The position numbers were made by a program, and so were the translations under genes. Below, piece after piece: positions 1 through 15,891 of a stretch of DNA of 64,000 bases. The stretch comes from the human T2T-CHM13v2.0 reference genome, Homo sapiens. The notes under the pieces are model-generated. The model searched no databases. It had not been told where the DNA came from and worked only from the letters and a program-made list of their open reading frames with translations. The DNA is taken from NCBI RefSeq assembly GCF_009914755.1, contig NC_060947.1; one strand, 5' to 3'. Each line of letters opens with the position of its first letter. Position 1 is the first letter of the stretch.

Positions 1-289
1 ATTTAGAATCTAAAGTTATATTAAACTAAATAGATATTTCATTAAATGGGTATTTTCCAATAAAAAATATATATAATATAGTAGGAAAACATTCTTTCTA
101 AAAAAAGGAAGTGTGCTCTTATTTAAATGTGAACTACTTTTGTCTAACTAAAAGCTTATTTAAAGGTTATGTGTAAAACAAGGTAAAAGAAACTAGGAAA
201 TAAGAGAGATGTAAGGAAAGCTATAGAAATAAAGAGGTATTTTTGGTTAAAAAAAAGCTTAAAGAAAAATAATTTTATATAAGAATATT

Positions 290-620
<331 letters not shown>

Positions 621-2364
621 TCATATATGGTAAATTTTTTTCTCCTAGAATAAAATGACTGGTTGTTTAAGAAAGAGAGATGTTCAGGACAAACCAGAAA
701 GTCCAAGCGTGTCATGAATGGTATGTATAAGTCATAAGATTTATGGAAAAAAACTTTTATATGATCTAATTGGCTATAATTAAAGGGAAATGATTTATAA
801 TGGTCTTTCTAGAGATTGGGTTTTGATATTAAAAAAAGACATATACTAAAGAATTGGTTTGAACAATGAAATTTTCTTAAGGTATTGCTTTACTCTTAAA
901 ATTACAAGACATTTTAATTCTTTAATACAAAGTTCAACTTTGTGTCTCACTGTTTTCAGCTTTCTCTCCCCTTTTAAAAGGCCTGAAATAATAACTCTAT
1001 CATTCAACTCATTTTCAGCTCCTGTAAGTTTTTTTTTCCCTTCAGGTTCTAATTTTTGTAGCCTGATGCTAAAAATGTTTTATTGTAAAGGTCTAAAGAA
1101 AACGTTTCCTTCCAACATAATATTCTGTGCTCTTGGCTCTAAATTGTTCTATGAACCAGAAAATTTGCATTTATGACCCAGGAAACACTCTTTCTATGTC
1201 TAACTAATTCAAGTACCCTTTTCATTAGTTTTGAGTTGCAGGTTATCTAAATGGACTCCCCATAGGGAACAGCAGTCATACTGCAGATCTTTTCTTTTGC
1301 CTTTGGGTAACTGGCCTAATAAACAGATTTTATGCTTTATCAAAATAATTCCTGTCATTACTAAGTATTGGTTTGCTTGGAAATAATACTGAGATTAAAA
1401 AAAATTTAATTGAGGGTATTACATCCATGAAACTTTCTGTATGTGCTTTTAAAGTCCTTGTGCTATTAAGTTACGGGGCTTTGACTCCTGGGTCTAAAAA
1501 GGGTCTAAAAAGGACCAAGTCCTGCTAAATCTTAAACACTAACAGCCGTTAAAGCCTCATCTTCGGAGCTGGTAGAAGATGTCAATCAAAATAAACTGCA
1601 TGCATGAGACACAGGCCAGAAATTAAAGCTATTCAACTCCTCAAGGCCCAGGGACTATCATGAGAGAGGTGGATGTGTGAGATTATAAGGGCCGATTTTG
1701 ACCATTAATGTCAAAGGCACACTGATGTAAGACCAGCATATGGGTCCCTGTGTTAGATTAACAAGGTTTTCTTGAAGCATTCACCCACTCCTTAATAAAA
1801 GGTTATAAAGGTTATAAAAAAGACTTAGGAAAATTATATCTTATAGTCAAGATGATTAAAATTTTATAGGTTTATAAAATTTTGAAAAACAAATTTAATT
1901 GGGCCTCATGCCATCTTTATTAGGACTTATTGTTTTGGAAATTAAGTCTCCTGTCTCAAAGAATAAAAGTTTTTAACTTTTTTAAAAAATCGAGTTATTA
2001 CTTTGGCTAAATGAATGACTTATTTTACAATGACCTGTGATCCTATTTTGTGATATCATGTGTTTTAAACTCTTTATGTTTGACAAACTTTTCAAAATCA
2101 AATTTTAACTTCAGACCTCATTAATTTTTTGATATTAGTCTCCTGAAGTCCAAAAGAGACATCTTTGGCTTATTTGATATAATAAAACCATACAGAAGTA
2201 TTGTTAAATATGAAAGTGTTTAACTTTCTTTGGATTTATATAAATGTGTTATTAGTATGTGTTCCAGAATTATATGAAATTCCTGTGATTCTGATGTGTC
2301 TTATAGCATGTTATCGGTGGTAATTGTGATTATTATGTTAAATTGTTGTATGCCATAGAAGTAA

Positions 2365-2745
<381 letters not shown>

Positions 2746-4238
2746 ACTTTCATCCTTTTCAAAAGGTGGTTTTATAATCAGCATAGGACTCTGACAGGTG
2801 CTCTTGAATGCACACTTTTGATAACTTTGGACATTGTGACACTAGAATAGAGGAAAAACCTCCAAGGCTCCCATGGAGAGCTGAAATGTTTATGATTATC
2901 AAGCAGAACAGGAGTTAACTACATAGACTGAACTAATAGAAGACTGAAATAATTATGACTTTTGCTCAAAATGTTGCTCATCCTTTGTTTTTCAGAGCCA
3001 AGAAAACTTTTCTTTTGAGCTATTTACAGCTTTTAACACTTAAGTATACTCCTATAAACAAAATTTAGTGCATATTTCTCTCTACCTGATCTCTCCAAAA
3101 TTTGGAAACTAGTTGCATGTATACTTAACTTATAGCAACATAGTTAGTTGCATAAGTGCAATAAGAATCTGTTTTCTTTTGTAACAGGATACAAATGGAA
3201 AAAACTGGTTATTTTACCAAGGTATTGACAGGAATAACATACTTTCAGATATAGTCTCCTTTAAGAAATCAAAGTTGACTTACAGGGCCAAAAAAAGCCC
3301 CTTGTAAAAGCTATCCTCATACCTTATCTACACAGTCCCTGTACAGTCTCCTAACACGTGGTAAGTAAAGAATGCCACTTTCTGACAGGCCCAGGAGACC
3401 CAAGTTTTCTGGGGACCTTGAGGTGAGGAATTCACCCAATTAATACAAGTATTTGCAGGCACAGGCTGGGCTTAAGGCATTAAAGTTGAATCTGAGATTC
3501 CTTATAGAATAAAGTTCCAGCAAAGCCAATTTTAAAAAAAGAGAAGACTATATGGCAAATAATTATTTTTGCTGACTTTATGCAAATACTGCAGCCATAA
3601 GACTAAAACTTATTTTGCCAATGAATTTGTCCTATGATTTGTCTTTAGTGAAAACGGGACTGGAGAGAGAAAAAAATATGTTTCCAAATAAACTATAGCA
3701 TACCTGTTAGATTCTAGTTTGCCTAGTGTTTTTCAATTTTTATTATTTTCTATAGTTTAGACTGAATTCTAATTTTTTCCTGGCTACAAGTCTCCAAAAT
3801 AATGTTTTCAAATTGTCCTTCTTTCCTTTCCCTTCTTCCCCATTTTTCCTCATTTAAAATCACTAAAAATTAAGCTGTGCTTTCTTCAAGCCCTGCAAAC
3901 TGAAGCTAGACAACTTCAGAAGAAAATAACAGCAACCTATTTACATACATCAACCACTTTCATAACTGCCTACTCATGCATGGACTTCAGAGTAATATGG
4001 CCTATATAGATTTTCCAGGATTGTTCTTGTTTGTTGTTGCCTTTCTCCCTTCCTCCCCGTTTTCTCTTCATAGGACATGAAACTTCACAACCTGCTAAAC
4101 ATGAGCTTTCCTAATAACATGGGACCTAATCATGTAGGAATAAAGCATCCTAGCCATGAGAGATCAGACAAACCTAAGACCAAAGGACTCATTTTCTTCT
4201 AAAATGCTTTCTCTGAAGGATTTTTAAAAGGGGGGAAA

Positions 4239-4854
4239 TGTAAAAAAAAAAAAAAAAAAAAAATCTCGCGACCCCAAAATCACTAAGCCAAAGGGAAAAG
4301 TCAAGCTGGGAAAAGTCAAGCTGGGCAGGACAAACCTGCCTCCTGTTCTATTCCTAAATAAGATAACTACAAAGATTTTTTACAAAGCTATATACCTCCC
4401 TCACAATTTGCTCACAAGGAAATTCCTTGTGAACAGACAGAATTTAAAGTCATCCCTCTCCTCACGTGAGACAAATGCCTATCTGATTGCTTTCTTTGCC
4501 CTATTGTTTGACTAAGCCAGACTAAGGGATAAGTGAATATTCCTGTAAATCGTGTATTCAGTGAAAGACTAATCAGAAACTCAAAAGAATGCAACCATTT
4601 GTCTCTACCTATGACCTGGAGGCCCCCTCCCCACTTCGAGTTGTCCCGCCTTTTCGGACCAAACCAATGTGTATCTTACATATATTGATCGGTCTCATGT
4701 CTCCCTAAAAGGTATAAAACCAAGCTGTGCCCCAACCACCTTGGGCACATGTCGTGAGGACCTCCTGAGGCTGCGTCACAGGTGCATACTTAACCTTGGC
4801 AAGATAAATTTTCTAAATTGATTGAGACCTGTCTCAGATACTTTTTGGTTTACA
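4239..4854 (+). mobile_element. 3' LTR, MER4A-like
   Basis: Starts TG after the PPT and ends TTTGGTTTACA. Contains GACCCCAAAATCACTAAGCCAAAGGGAAAAGTCAAGCTGGG and GAGACCTGTCTCAGATAC, typical of MER4 LTRs. Confidence 0.8.
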
Positions 4855-5562
4855 AAACAAAGCCAGAGGCCTAGTCCAGAGCTTGGCAAATAGTCCACGC
4901 TCACTAAGGGTGAGCTGAAGGGAAGGCTTGCAGTGTTAACTTTCCTAAGATATTTTAGTAATAACATAATAGTCTCTCCCACTGTGGTTTAAAATTTCAA
5001 TAGCACATAGATTTGCATGTTATATTTTTCTATTAAGATATGAACTATTAAATATACTGAACCAATTCTCCTTCTCCCCCTGAAGGTTTGGTTTAAGATT
5101 AGGAAGATCAAGTAGAGAAGATATCAGAAGGCTTTAGATTTTAGATATATGTCACCCATTGCCATCGATCTGTCATCATAATCTTGGATGGGCTCTATAA
5201 TGCCATCCTTGTTCTGGAGCCCAGTTGGAGTTGGGTTCTTGTAGTGCCACTGCAGCCTAGAATATCCAGGCTTCCCATGCTGTCCTTGCCTCCTCTGTCT
5301 ATGCCTTGCTTTGCCCTGACTTTGTTTGGCCTGGTATAGGCCCCTGTCATCAGCATTCATTTGTAGTCTCCATTTTCTTAGGTCTGTTTTTTACAAATTT
5401 TTCCAAAATGTTTTTCTGCCAGATTCAAATTCTGCATGGCACATCCTCAAGTGCAGTTCACCAAATGTCTGTTAAATGAACTAAATAAACAAAAAAGTCA
5501 GTGCACCATTTTTTATAAGGCACATTTTTTATTTAAAAAAAGTTGTGAATTCCTTGTAAACA

Positions 5563-5820
5563 TTGGTTCCCAGGACCCCTGCAGATACCAAAATCCATGC
5601 ATACTCAAGCCCCACACTTGAACCTGCAGAATCCAAGTATACAAAAAGTTGGCCTTACCTATCTGCAGGTTTTGCATCCCACGAATACTGTATTTTTGAT
5701 CTGCATTTGGTTGCAGGTGTGAAACCTGTGGATATGGGGGGCCAATTCTATTTATTGAAAAAAAATCCACATATAAGTGGACATATGCAGCTCTAACCTG
5801 TGTTGTTCAAGGGTCAACTG
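5563..5820 (+). mobile_element. MER2-like (Tigger/TcMar) DNA transposon fragment
   Basis: GGTTCCCAGGACCCC...GATACCAAAATCC and terminal GTGTTGTTCAAGGGTCAACTG followed by TA. Confidence 0.75.
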
Positions 5821-6670
5821 TATATCTGTTTTGTGTGCCAAATAAGGTATGGATAAGAATTTCAAAGGAAAAGTCATTTAAACAGAATTACAAGGAAGCC
5901 TCATTTTATGAGCTGACATTCCTCAATCACCAATACGCCCTGTACGGCTCACATACATACATATGCAAAATGGGGGTGGGGAAAGTCCCTAGTAAAAGAA
6001 CAGTGTGTTTCAAGACAGGGCCCATCTCCATTTATGCTGAAGAGCTTAGACACAACCCTGTAGTCTAAAGGAATCTTCCGAAGAAGCTACTCATAGGGCT
6101 TTATGGGAAGGTGGCAGCCAAACATCTATCTAGTATATTGCAAATTCTGTTCACTATCCTCCCTTTCTGTGGAGGACATAGGGAAATAGGAATCATTCTG
6201 GCCCAAAGTTCCTCTGCATCAAATGAAACACAAGAGGAGACTCTACCAAAGCCAGAATGAGGCAGTTCTCCCTTTGCTCACCCATCCCCAGCCCAGAAGG
6301 CATATTGTTGCATATTCCCCAGCTCAGAAGCTGACAATCATGCATTCAAATGTATTTTGTCTCATTCAACCTCCTTGAAAGGACCCTGGTTCCTGATGAT
6401 AAAAACACAAAAAGGGAACCTTTTGTTTAGTGCTGCTAGAAGCAAGAGGGAGGAGGTAGTTCCCTGATTAATATTCTAGATTAATTGATCATCAAAAAGA
6501 AGCAGTCAGACCTTGGCTTTCTTTATGCTGTCTTCCTCATGTGAAACTGCTAGGCTAGAAAACAACAAAAATTTAAAAATGGAGTGTGATGAGAGTTGAG
6601 GAGTTATTGTTAATTTTTTTAGGCATGATAATGGTATTGTAGTTATGTTTTTAGAAAAAGAACGTGTATC

Positions 6671-7025
6671 TGATATGGTTTGGCTCTGTCCCCACCCAAA
6701 TCTCATCTTGTATTATAATCCCCACATGTGGAGGGAGGGGTCTGGTGGGAGGTAATTGGATGGATGGGTTTCCCCCATGCTGTTGTCATGATACTGAGTG
6801 AGTTTTCATGAGAACTGGTTATCTGTAAAGTGTCTGGTGCTTCCCCCTTCTCACTCTCTCTTCTGCTCCCATGTCAGATGTGCCTTGCTTCCCCTTTGGC
6901 TTCCGCCATGATTGTAAATTTCCTGAGGCCTCCCAAGCCATACAGAACTATGAATCAATACCTCTTTTCTTTATAAATTACTCAGTCTCAAGTATGTCTT
7001 TATGGTGTGTGAAAACAGACTAATA
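6671..7025 (+). mobile_element. MST (MaLR) solo LTR nested in an old L1 3' end (~6590-7235)
   Basis: TGATATGGTTTGGCTCTGTCCCCACCCAAATCTCATC start and ...AAAACAGACTAATA end. Confidence 0.85.
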
Positions 7026-7242
7026 AAGAAAACAGTCTTTTAGAGAAACATGCTGAATTGTTTATAAATGACATTATACCTGGGATTGGTTTCAAATTAA
7101 TTAGGGGGCAATGGCAATTTCCCACAAGTTGTTAATTGTTCAAGCTGGGTGCTACGTGCCTGAGGGATCATTATACCATTCTATGTATGTTTATACACAT
7201 TTGACCTTTTCCATAATAAAAATTAAAGGAAAAAATCTGGCC

Positions 7243-7299
7243 ATCTGCATTTCTTTTCCTTTTTCTTAGCTGTCTTTGCTCTCATTTTTGTGTCTTCAT
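7243..7299 (-). pseudogene. NKAPP1: NKAPP1 exon (NKAP DEDNKRRAKKAKKKEKK homolog), donor lost
   Basis: Acceptor tttgcag, then DEDTKMRAKTAKKKEKKCR. There is no GT donor, and it abuts an old L1 3' end. Confidence 0.8.
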
Positions 7300-8127
7300 C
7301 TGCAAATTAAAACACATTATAATTTTTAAAAAGTTACCTCTAAAACCTCAATACTTTTGAGTAAATAAATATGCTTTTGCTGTTTCTCATTTGTTGTTAC
7401 AGAGAAATTTATTCATTCAAACATTTATTACTATTTGTCAAGAACTGTGCTAGGCACTGGGGATATATATATTATTAAAGTCACATTAGGTATTATATGA
7501 TATAAGAAATTAATGTTAATTTTTTCATAAGTTAATGGTATTATGGTTAAGTAGGAAAATATCATTTTAAAGAGATACACAGAAATATTTTGTAGTGAAA
7601 TGTGATGACATTTGTAATTTACTTTGAATACCTTAGTGAAAAATCCATATTTGAAGCAAACATGTCAAAATGCTAACAAATGTTAAACCTGAGTACTAAG
7701 GTATATAGTATTAATTATACTATTCCCTTTACTTTTCTGAACATTTGAAGATTTCCATGATAAAAAGGGAAAGAAAACTATGTGTGTGTTGGAGTGGGGA
7801 AGGAGAATGCTTTCTAGGAGCTCAGTCTAATGGAGGAGACAAATAGGTAAAGAGATTGATACAATCCAGAGTGACATAAGGAAGCTTGAGGTGCTCTGGA
7901 CACACAGAGGAGTCTCAAAATCAGAACTGATTTGAGGAGGGGGGTTGAGGAATGGTTGACCAAGAAAGGTGGCTCTGAGAGTAGTTATTTGATTACAAAA
8001 TCCATTGTTGCAATGAGTAAGCCAAGCTTGTTGGAAGAAGAGACTGGTATTGTAGGCAGAGGGCCTCTCTACCAAGCAATAGAGTCAAGAGAAAGAACAT
8101 GGAATACTGAGGAGACAGAAAGCAGTT

Positions 8128-8462
<335 letters not shown>

Positions 8463-9283
8463 TCAGGCCACAGAGTATGGTGCAACAAAAAGTGACAGGG
8501 TATATGTGATTAGAGAAGGATCAGTCAGGGTCTGAACTTTACCCTGAGGGCTATGGAGAACTACTGAAGGATTTTGAGTATGGCACTGACATGCTTAGAT
8601 GTGTGCTTTAAGAAAGTTTGGTTTTCCAGTGGCAAGGAAGTAAAGTGACATTGGGGACCAGGAAACTGGGGCAATATCAGAGGAAGCAGAGCCTTTGTGG
8701 AATATGCCAACCAAGAGAAAGCACCCTCTGGTCAATCATTAGACAGGAGAGGGCGTAAAAAAGGTGGCTTTTTGTGATGCACTACCCCAGATGGGGTGCC
8801 TTCCATAAATTGGCAGCCAGTCTAAAGGGAGTGCCTTTTTGAAAACTGTACAGCAGTGCCCACTGGGCACGAGAATTACACAAATGAGCCCTTCCACTGG
8901 GCTGATGCAGCCCTGTAAGGCTTACTTTGGTACAGCCCAATCCCCTGACTTGGTCTGGTGCCATGTGCTTTGTACAACTATGCACAACCAATCTGGAGTC
9001 AGATTGCTTAGGTTTGAATCCCAACTGTATGACCTTGGGGACAGTACTTATAATCTGCTCTGTCTCCATTTCCTCATCTATAAGATGTACCCAACAGTTA
9101 TTTATGGATTAGATGGTAATAATGAATATAAAGCACTTATGGGGAATGCCTGGCACAAGGTTAGCAAGCGTTCAAAAACTCTTCAGTATTATTAGTGTTT
9201 TCAGGAACCTTCTTCTAAAATAAGTTTTAAGAAATAAAACTAGTTTTGAAGCAAGGCTTGCAGAATGCTGTTGGCTTTCTTAC

Positions 9284-9412
9284 CACTGGAGTCTGTTTCA
9301 GAATCAGAGTCACTGTCGCTATCTTCAGAATACTTCTTGTGTTTTCTTTTTGATAAATTTTTCTTTCTTCCTTTCTTGGACCTTTCACTTGAATGACTAG
9401 ACTACTATTTTT
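9284..9412 (-). pseudogene. NKAPP1: NKAPP1 exon (NKAP Lys/Ser-Asp-rich exon homolog)
   Basis: Acceptor tttttacag and donor gtaag. The NKAP frame reads [40 protein letters not shown], with two in-frame TAG codons. Confidence 0.9.
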
Positions 9413-9592
9413 CTGTAAAAATATAAATAAAAAAGTAACTTCTAAAAAAGTATTTCTGATTATCAATTTTATTGCATTTGAAATACTGAAAAGGAATAGA
9501 TGATAGGCAATTTGAATAAAAGTAAAGTCTAATGTTTAACTATTTATAAACTTTTTCTAACTTCTCAAGAAAGGTCTGTATCTTAAAAATAC

Positions 9593-9663
9593 TTTCTGAT
9601 GTAGAAACTGAAGTAGTGCATTTCTTTGGCTCTTCATTCTTTACTTCAATATGTTCAGCAGAG
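9593..9663 (-). pseudogene. NKAPP1: NKAPP1 exon (NKAP [23 protein letters not shown] homolog)
   Basis: 71 nt flanked by ttcag and gtattt, translating to SAEHIEVKNEEPKKCTTSVSTSE. Confidence 0.85.
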
Positions 9664-9814
9664 CTGAATTTAAAGAAAATGGTTATAAGAATTAGAAAAG
9701 TGATGAAATATGGACCATAGAGTATAAAAACACAGACTTAAAACTTTTCAGCAACAATGACAATTGTCCAAGAACCATTAAAAACAAGCATTGGACTTCT
9801 TTCATAAGAATACA

Positions 9815-10133
<319 letters not shown>

Positions 10134-10458
10134 TCATAATAATAAAATAACTTACATTTGCACAATGCTTTACAGATTACAAAGCACTACTCAAACTGAA
10201 AGCAGCATGGAGGATTTATATTTTCAGAAGAAATCACAGGCTAAAAATAGAGAAAACAGAATCAGAAGGAAAGATGAAAGAAACTGTATATAAAAAGTCT
10301 GAAGAAGATATCATAATTTTATTCTAAGCATGTAAAAAACAAATGGTAGAGCAGCAACTGTTCTGTCTCCTCAGAGCAAGAAGATCCTAAGAAGCTACAA
10401 TCTAAAGAGATTTGGGGGACACATGTTCTCAGGACCTGAGGCTATGTCACGGTAAAAA

Positions 10459-10461
<3 letters not shown>

Positions 10462-10501
<40 letters not shown>
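10462..10501. repeat. (TG)~20 microsatellite
   Basis: Read directly from the sequence. Confidence 0.95.
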
Positions 10502-10503
<2 letters not shown>

Positions 10504-10542
10504 TTGTTTTGTTGCAGAGAATTCTTAAAATAAGTATTATTA

Positions 10543-10889
<347 letters not shown>

Positions 10890-11880
10890 TTAGAAAGGGA
10901 CTTTCTATATTATATAATCTTTCCCTTTGAAGATCACATCTGCAATAATTTAGGTATTGCCTAGAAAATTATTTTTAGGGTTCCTTCTGACTCTAATTCT
11001 ATGAGTTCAGGTCCTTTAAGCATTTACCAAGGGTATCTATAAGAATACACTTCAGATAATAATGTTTTATCACCTTGTCACAAATTACAGGTTTACCTGT
11101 GAAACACATTGCCTCAACTCAACCTAAACACAGAAATAGAGGAGAGGGAAGAAGAAACTTATGAGCAACACCAAAGAGAAAAGAAATAAGCAAAAAAAAA
11201 AAAGTACTAATATTTCACATAGTATTGGATACAGGAAAATTAACTAAACCGAACTACACTGGCATCTGCATTTTTTAAAAATCGCTGTGTAATACTATTG
11301 TCTGGAATGCAATCTGCTCCTGGGTTGAAGAAAAAAATCAAAATATAAATGTATTATCTGTTTTAACACTGAACTCCTCTATTAATAGGAAATTAGCACC
11401 CCATGAATACAATTTAAAGAAAACAATTAGCATGCTAAAATGCACTAGCAACATGTTTTAATTCTTAGGTATGTTAGACTCCCTTTAGTTCCTTTTTAAA
11501 AAAGAGTACCTTACCTATCTGTTCTTTGGAGGACACTAATTTTTTATTGTATTATAATGTTTGTCATTTATTGTTTTAATTTTTGCTGTTACTCATAAGC
11601 TGAAAAAAATAAACTAAGAGAGGTTCAATTTCCTCAAAGTTTAGCTGCTTACGTCTATAAAAATCCTTATAAAATAAATGTTTGATTTCATTGTTTGAAT
11701 AAATATTTTTTACTTCTTTATTCAGGGAAAAGGTATTATAAGTATACAGAGTTAGTCTCAGAGGGTTTCCCATTTCAAGAGCAGGTAATCAAAAAGTAAA
11801 CATACGTCTAACAGTTCTTGGAATATGAGTATAGGGACCAAGGATGCCTGCCAGACTATAAAGACACACAGTCTTTGTGG

Positions 11881-12379
11881 TGTGAGGCACAAAATTAAGG
11901 CCCAATATTGTGTACTACCTTGACAATTGGGGAAACCAGGAGGGCTCCCAATGGCCTTACTGCGAATTCTCCTCTCCATTCTGCTCCTGCAAATAAGGTC
12001 CCCTAGCCAAATGACCCTCCTTCTCAAAGAGACCAGACGCAGTTCCAGCTTATCTCTGGGTAGCAGATTTTAGTACATTGTCAGCTTGTGGAATTATTCA
12101 AACAAGCCAATCATATCCTTCCAAGGGAAAGCAGGTATTACCTCAATTTCTTGATACCACAAAGTCTACCTCCCACAGCCCCTGATTATTCACTGTCTTA
12201 CCAACAGCAACCTCGGTGTGGCCCTTCGTGGCACGCTGTGTTCTCTCCCATTCCAGCTGTGAACATATGTGATTAATAAACTGCTGTTGATCTCATCTGT
12301 CCTGTGTTCAGCTACTCCATAACACAAAGGGTGGGAATCCTTCCCTCATCAACATGGTGAATAGCAGACAATTATAACA
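11881..12379 (+). mobile_element. Solo LTR (subfamily not determined)
   Basis: About 500 bp bounded by TG...CA, with CCAATCA and an internal AATAAA at ~12275 in an LTR-like layout. Confidence 0.5.
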
Positions 12380-13539
12380 CTCCCTGCTGCTACCTGGTTT
12401 TATCTGTGCCTTAAGATAAATTATTTATCTTCTATGTGCACAAATGCAAATTTTACCCAAGTTGTTCTTATATGTTTTGGTTAGGATTCTAAAATAAGAA
12501 GTTTTTTGATTGACACAAACTGGGAGGACCTTTCCATCCCAAAGGCAGGAGCGCTCCTCAGAGGACAGGTGCAGTAGTTTCACTCACCTCTCCCACATGG
12601 GCAAAAAATGTGTATCTGTAACCTAACTCAGGACTGTTTTTACTTCCTCTGCTCCCAGGCATGAAACTCTAATAACCAACACCTGTGAAATGCTTATTAC
12701 GTTCAAGGCACTACATCATTACAATAACCCTAAAAACGTCAGTACTATTTGTATCCCCCTTTTACAGGTGAAAAAATAATGAAGCTTGGAGAGGTTACCA
12801 AGGTCACATAGGTATTAAGTAGCAAAGCAAGGCTTCAAACTCAGAAAGTCTCAATCCAGAGGCTGTCCTTCTCATCACTATGCTTTATTACATCCCACTA
12901 GTGGAAGAAAAAGACTCATCAAGACATCTCCCACCTGTTGGAATTTCAACCTACCCCTCAATACCTGTAATGTTTTAAAATTTCTCATTTTTTAACCGTA
13001 GTGCATGTAAGGCACTCAGTATAGTACCTGACACATTCAATAAACATTTGATATGAGTACTTACACAGCAATAATTATAATTATTTTCCTTCTCAAACCA
13101 TCTACTTCCCACTCCAATATTCACTCTCATTAGAGGAAAACTCATCTCACTCTCCTCTCATTCTTCAAGGTCAAGATTGAGACCACTTAAGACCTTCCTG
13201 AAGGTAGCCACATCTGCAGTTTAGCACATCACTTTGCCTACATTCATCCAGTTATCTTGTCTCAGAGGAAGGTATTTCTCCTTTCCAATTTAAACCCTTA
13301 ATCTCAACCCTTTCCAACTCCCTACAAGGAATTTCCACTTAGTTAGCCTGTTAGGATCTCAAACCGATCATTCACTCAACACACAACACTTTCAGTAGAT
13401 TGAGCCCCTATTAAGTGCCAGGCACTGCAAATTCTGTAATGAATAAAATAGGGGTCCTCCTTTCCACGAGCTCAGTCTAGTGGAGAATAAAAATATGTTC
13501 ACGAACGATAACACAAAACAAATAAATGCTATACGTAGG

Positions 13540-14430
13540 TCTGTGACCCTTAGCCGTGTCTGCTCCGAGATCAGAGGCGAAAGAGGGTGGAGGGAGACCG
13601 GGGCACCCTACAAAGGGGCCCAAGGATGAGTGAGAATGTGAGAGAGGAGAAGGGCGAACAAGGAGCTGTCGTGGATAGATTGCAGAAAAGGATGAAAATG
13701 GGCGCGGTGAAGGTAGAAGGAGCGAAATGCAAATGGTCAGAAGCGGGCTGAAAGATGAAGCGGACTCGCTGAAGGCAAGTGGGCTCCTTAGAGCGAAGGT
13801 GCAGCCATGATCTCACTCACCTCTGCCACGGATTCACCTCCCTCTCCTCGTCCCGTAGGAGCGTGAGTAGTTGCCGCAATAGGCGCAAGAGCAGGCAGAA
13901 GCGAAAGTGATGGTCCACGGCGCAGTCAGCCGCTCTTGAGAATGCGACCACAACTGGGAGCGGCAGGGCTGGTTTCGGGAGCCTTGGCTGAGCCCATTCC
14001 ATTCCCCAGTCAGAGAACAAGAGTTCCAGTGAGAGTTGCGCCCCAGCGGGGAACGGGCGGCTTTGCTGGGCTTGGGGCTCTTGGACAAACTGCAACACAT
14101 TCCCCCGCCCGGAGCCCGAGGCCTCCCTCTCGGCACTGCAGAACCGGACACCGGAGCTACTGCAGCCTCGAAAACGGGACATTCTCAGGAGCCTCAGCAG
14201 TATCCGTTGCCTTTGCTCCAAAAACCCAGCCCGCGCAACCGCTGGGAGCAAAGGAAACCATGGGAACTATTGCGAGTACGTTGGCAAAACATTTCCCCAG
14301 GTCTGTGTGGCCTCCGGCCAAGGTGAAGAGGTGTGTGTCTTGGTGTAAATAAACCGCTACTGCAACCGATTTCGCTCATCCTTTGGTTCCGCATTGAGGC
14401 TCGCCAGGGTCTAAATCCGCACAGAGACTA
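13540..14430. promoter_or_regulatory. CpG island / promoter of NKAPP1
   Basis: High GC and many intact CpGs compared with CpG-poor flanks. Overlaps exon 1. Confidence 0.75.
13821..14300 (-). pseudogene. NKAPP1: NKAPP1 exon 1 (NKAP exon 1 homolog)
   Basis: Across frames it translates to APVSGS / EREASGSG / SKSPKPSKAARSP / GLSQGSRNQ / DEERE, matching the NKAP N-terminus. The ancestral ATG is GTA at 14160-14158. Donor GAG|GTGAGT at 13820. Confidence 0.9.
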
Positions 14431-14930
14431 GGTCTTCCTTAGGCTTCTACTTGAAATAACTGAAGGGCAGGACGAGAGTCCACTGGAGACATTTCACAGA
14501 ATGGCCATATCAACAACATAGACAATTCTGTTCGTGTACGGGTGCTTTCCGTGAATGTGTGTATTACATGTTCTATAATATTGGGCGCACTCTGTGTCGT
14601 GTGTGTGTGTATAAAATATGTACATTTGGTTATGTGTGTATATATGTACATATATAATAAATAGGACTGGCTCAAACAGATTCACATATTTTTTCGGAGT
14701 CTATTTGAATTAAAAGAAAAATCTGAGATGGGAAGAAAAGGGACAAAGTATTCAAAGTATTTCGTACACAACTGAAAGTGTTTATTTCAGTGTTGTCAGA
14801 TTTATTAATAGCAAAAAGAAATATACAGTAGGCCACTTATCTTTGAATTTCAAATAAAGAATAATGTTTTAGTATAAGTATGTTCCATACAATAATACAG
14901 TAGAAAGTGACTACTTTCTATTAAAGATGA

Positions 14931-15891
<961 letters not shown>

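Noticed and set aside
5124-5435. 78-aa ORF and upstream NLNLAE...KNR..KWR fragments hinting at a decayed homeobox helix 3
   Set aside because: It needs several frameshifts and lacks the WF core. The similarity is at chance level without an HMM search.
13936-14352. Plus-strand ORFs of 138 and 96 aa
   Set aside because: They are antisense shadows of the GC-rich NKAPP1 exon 1.
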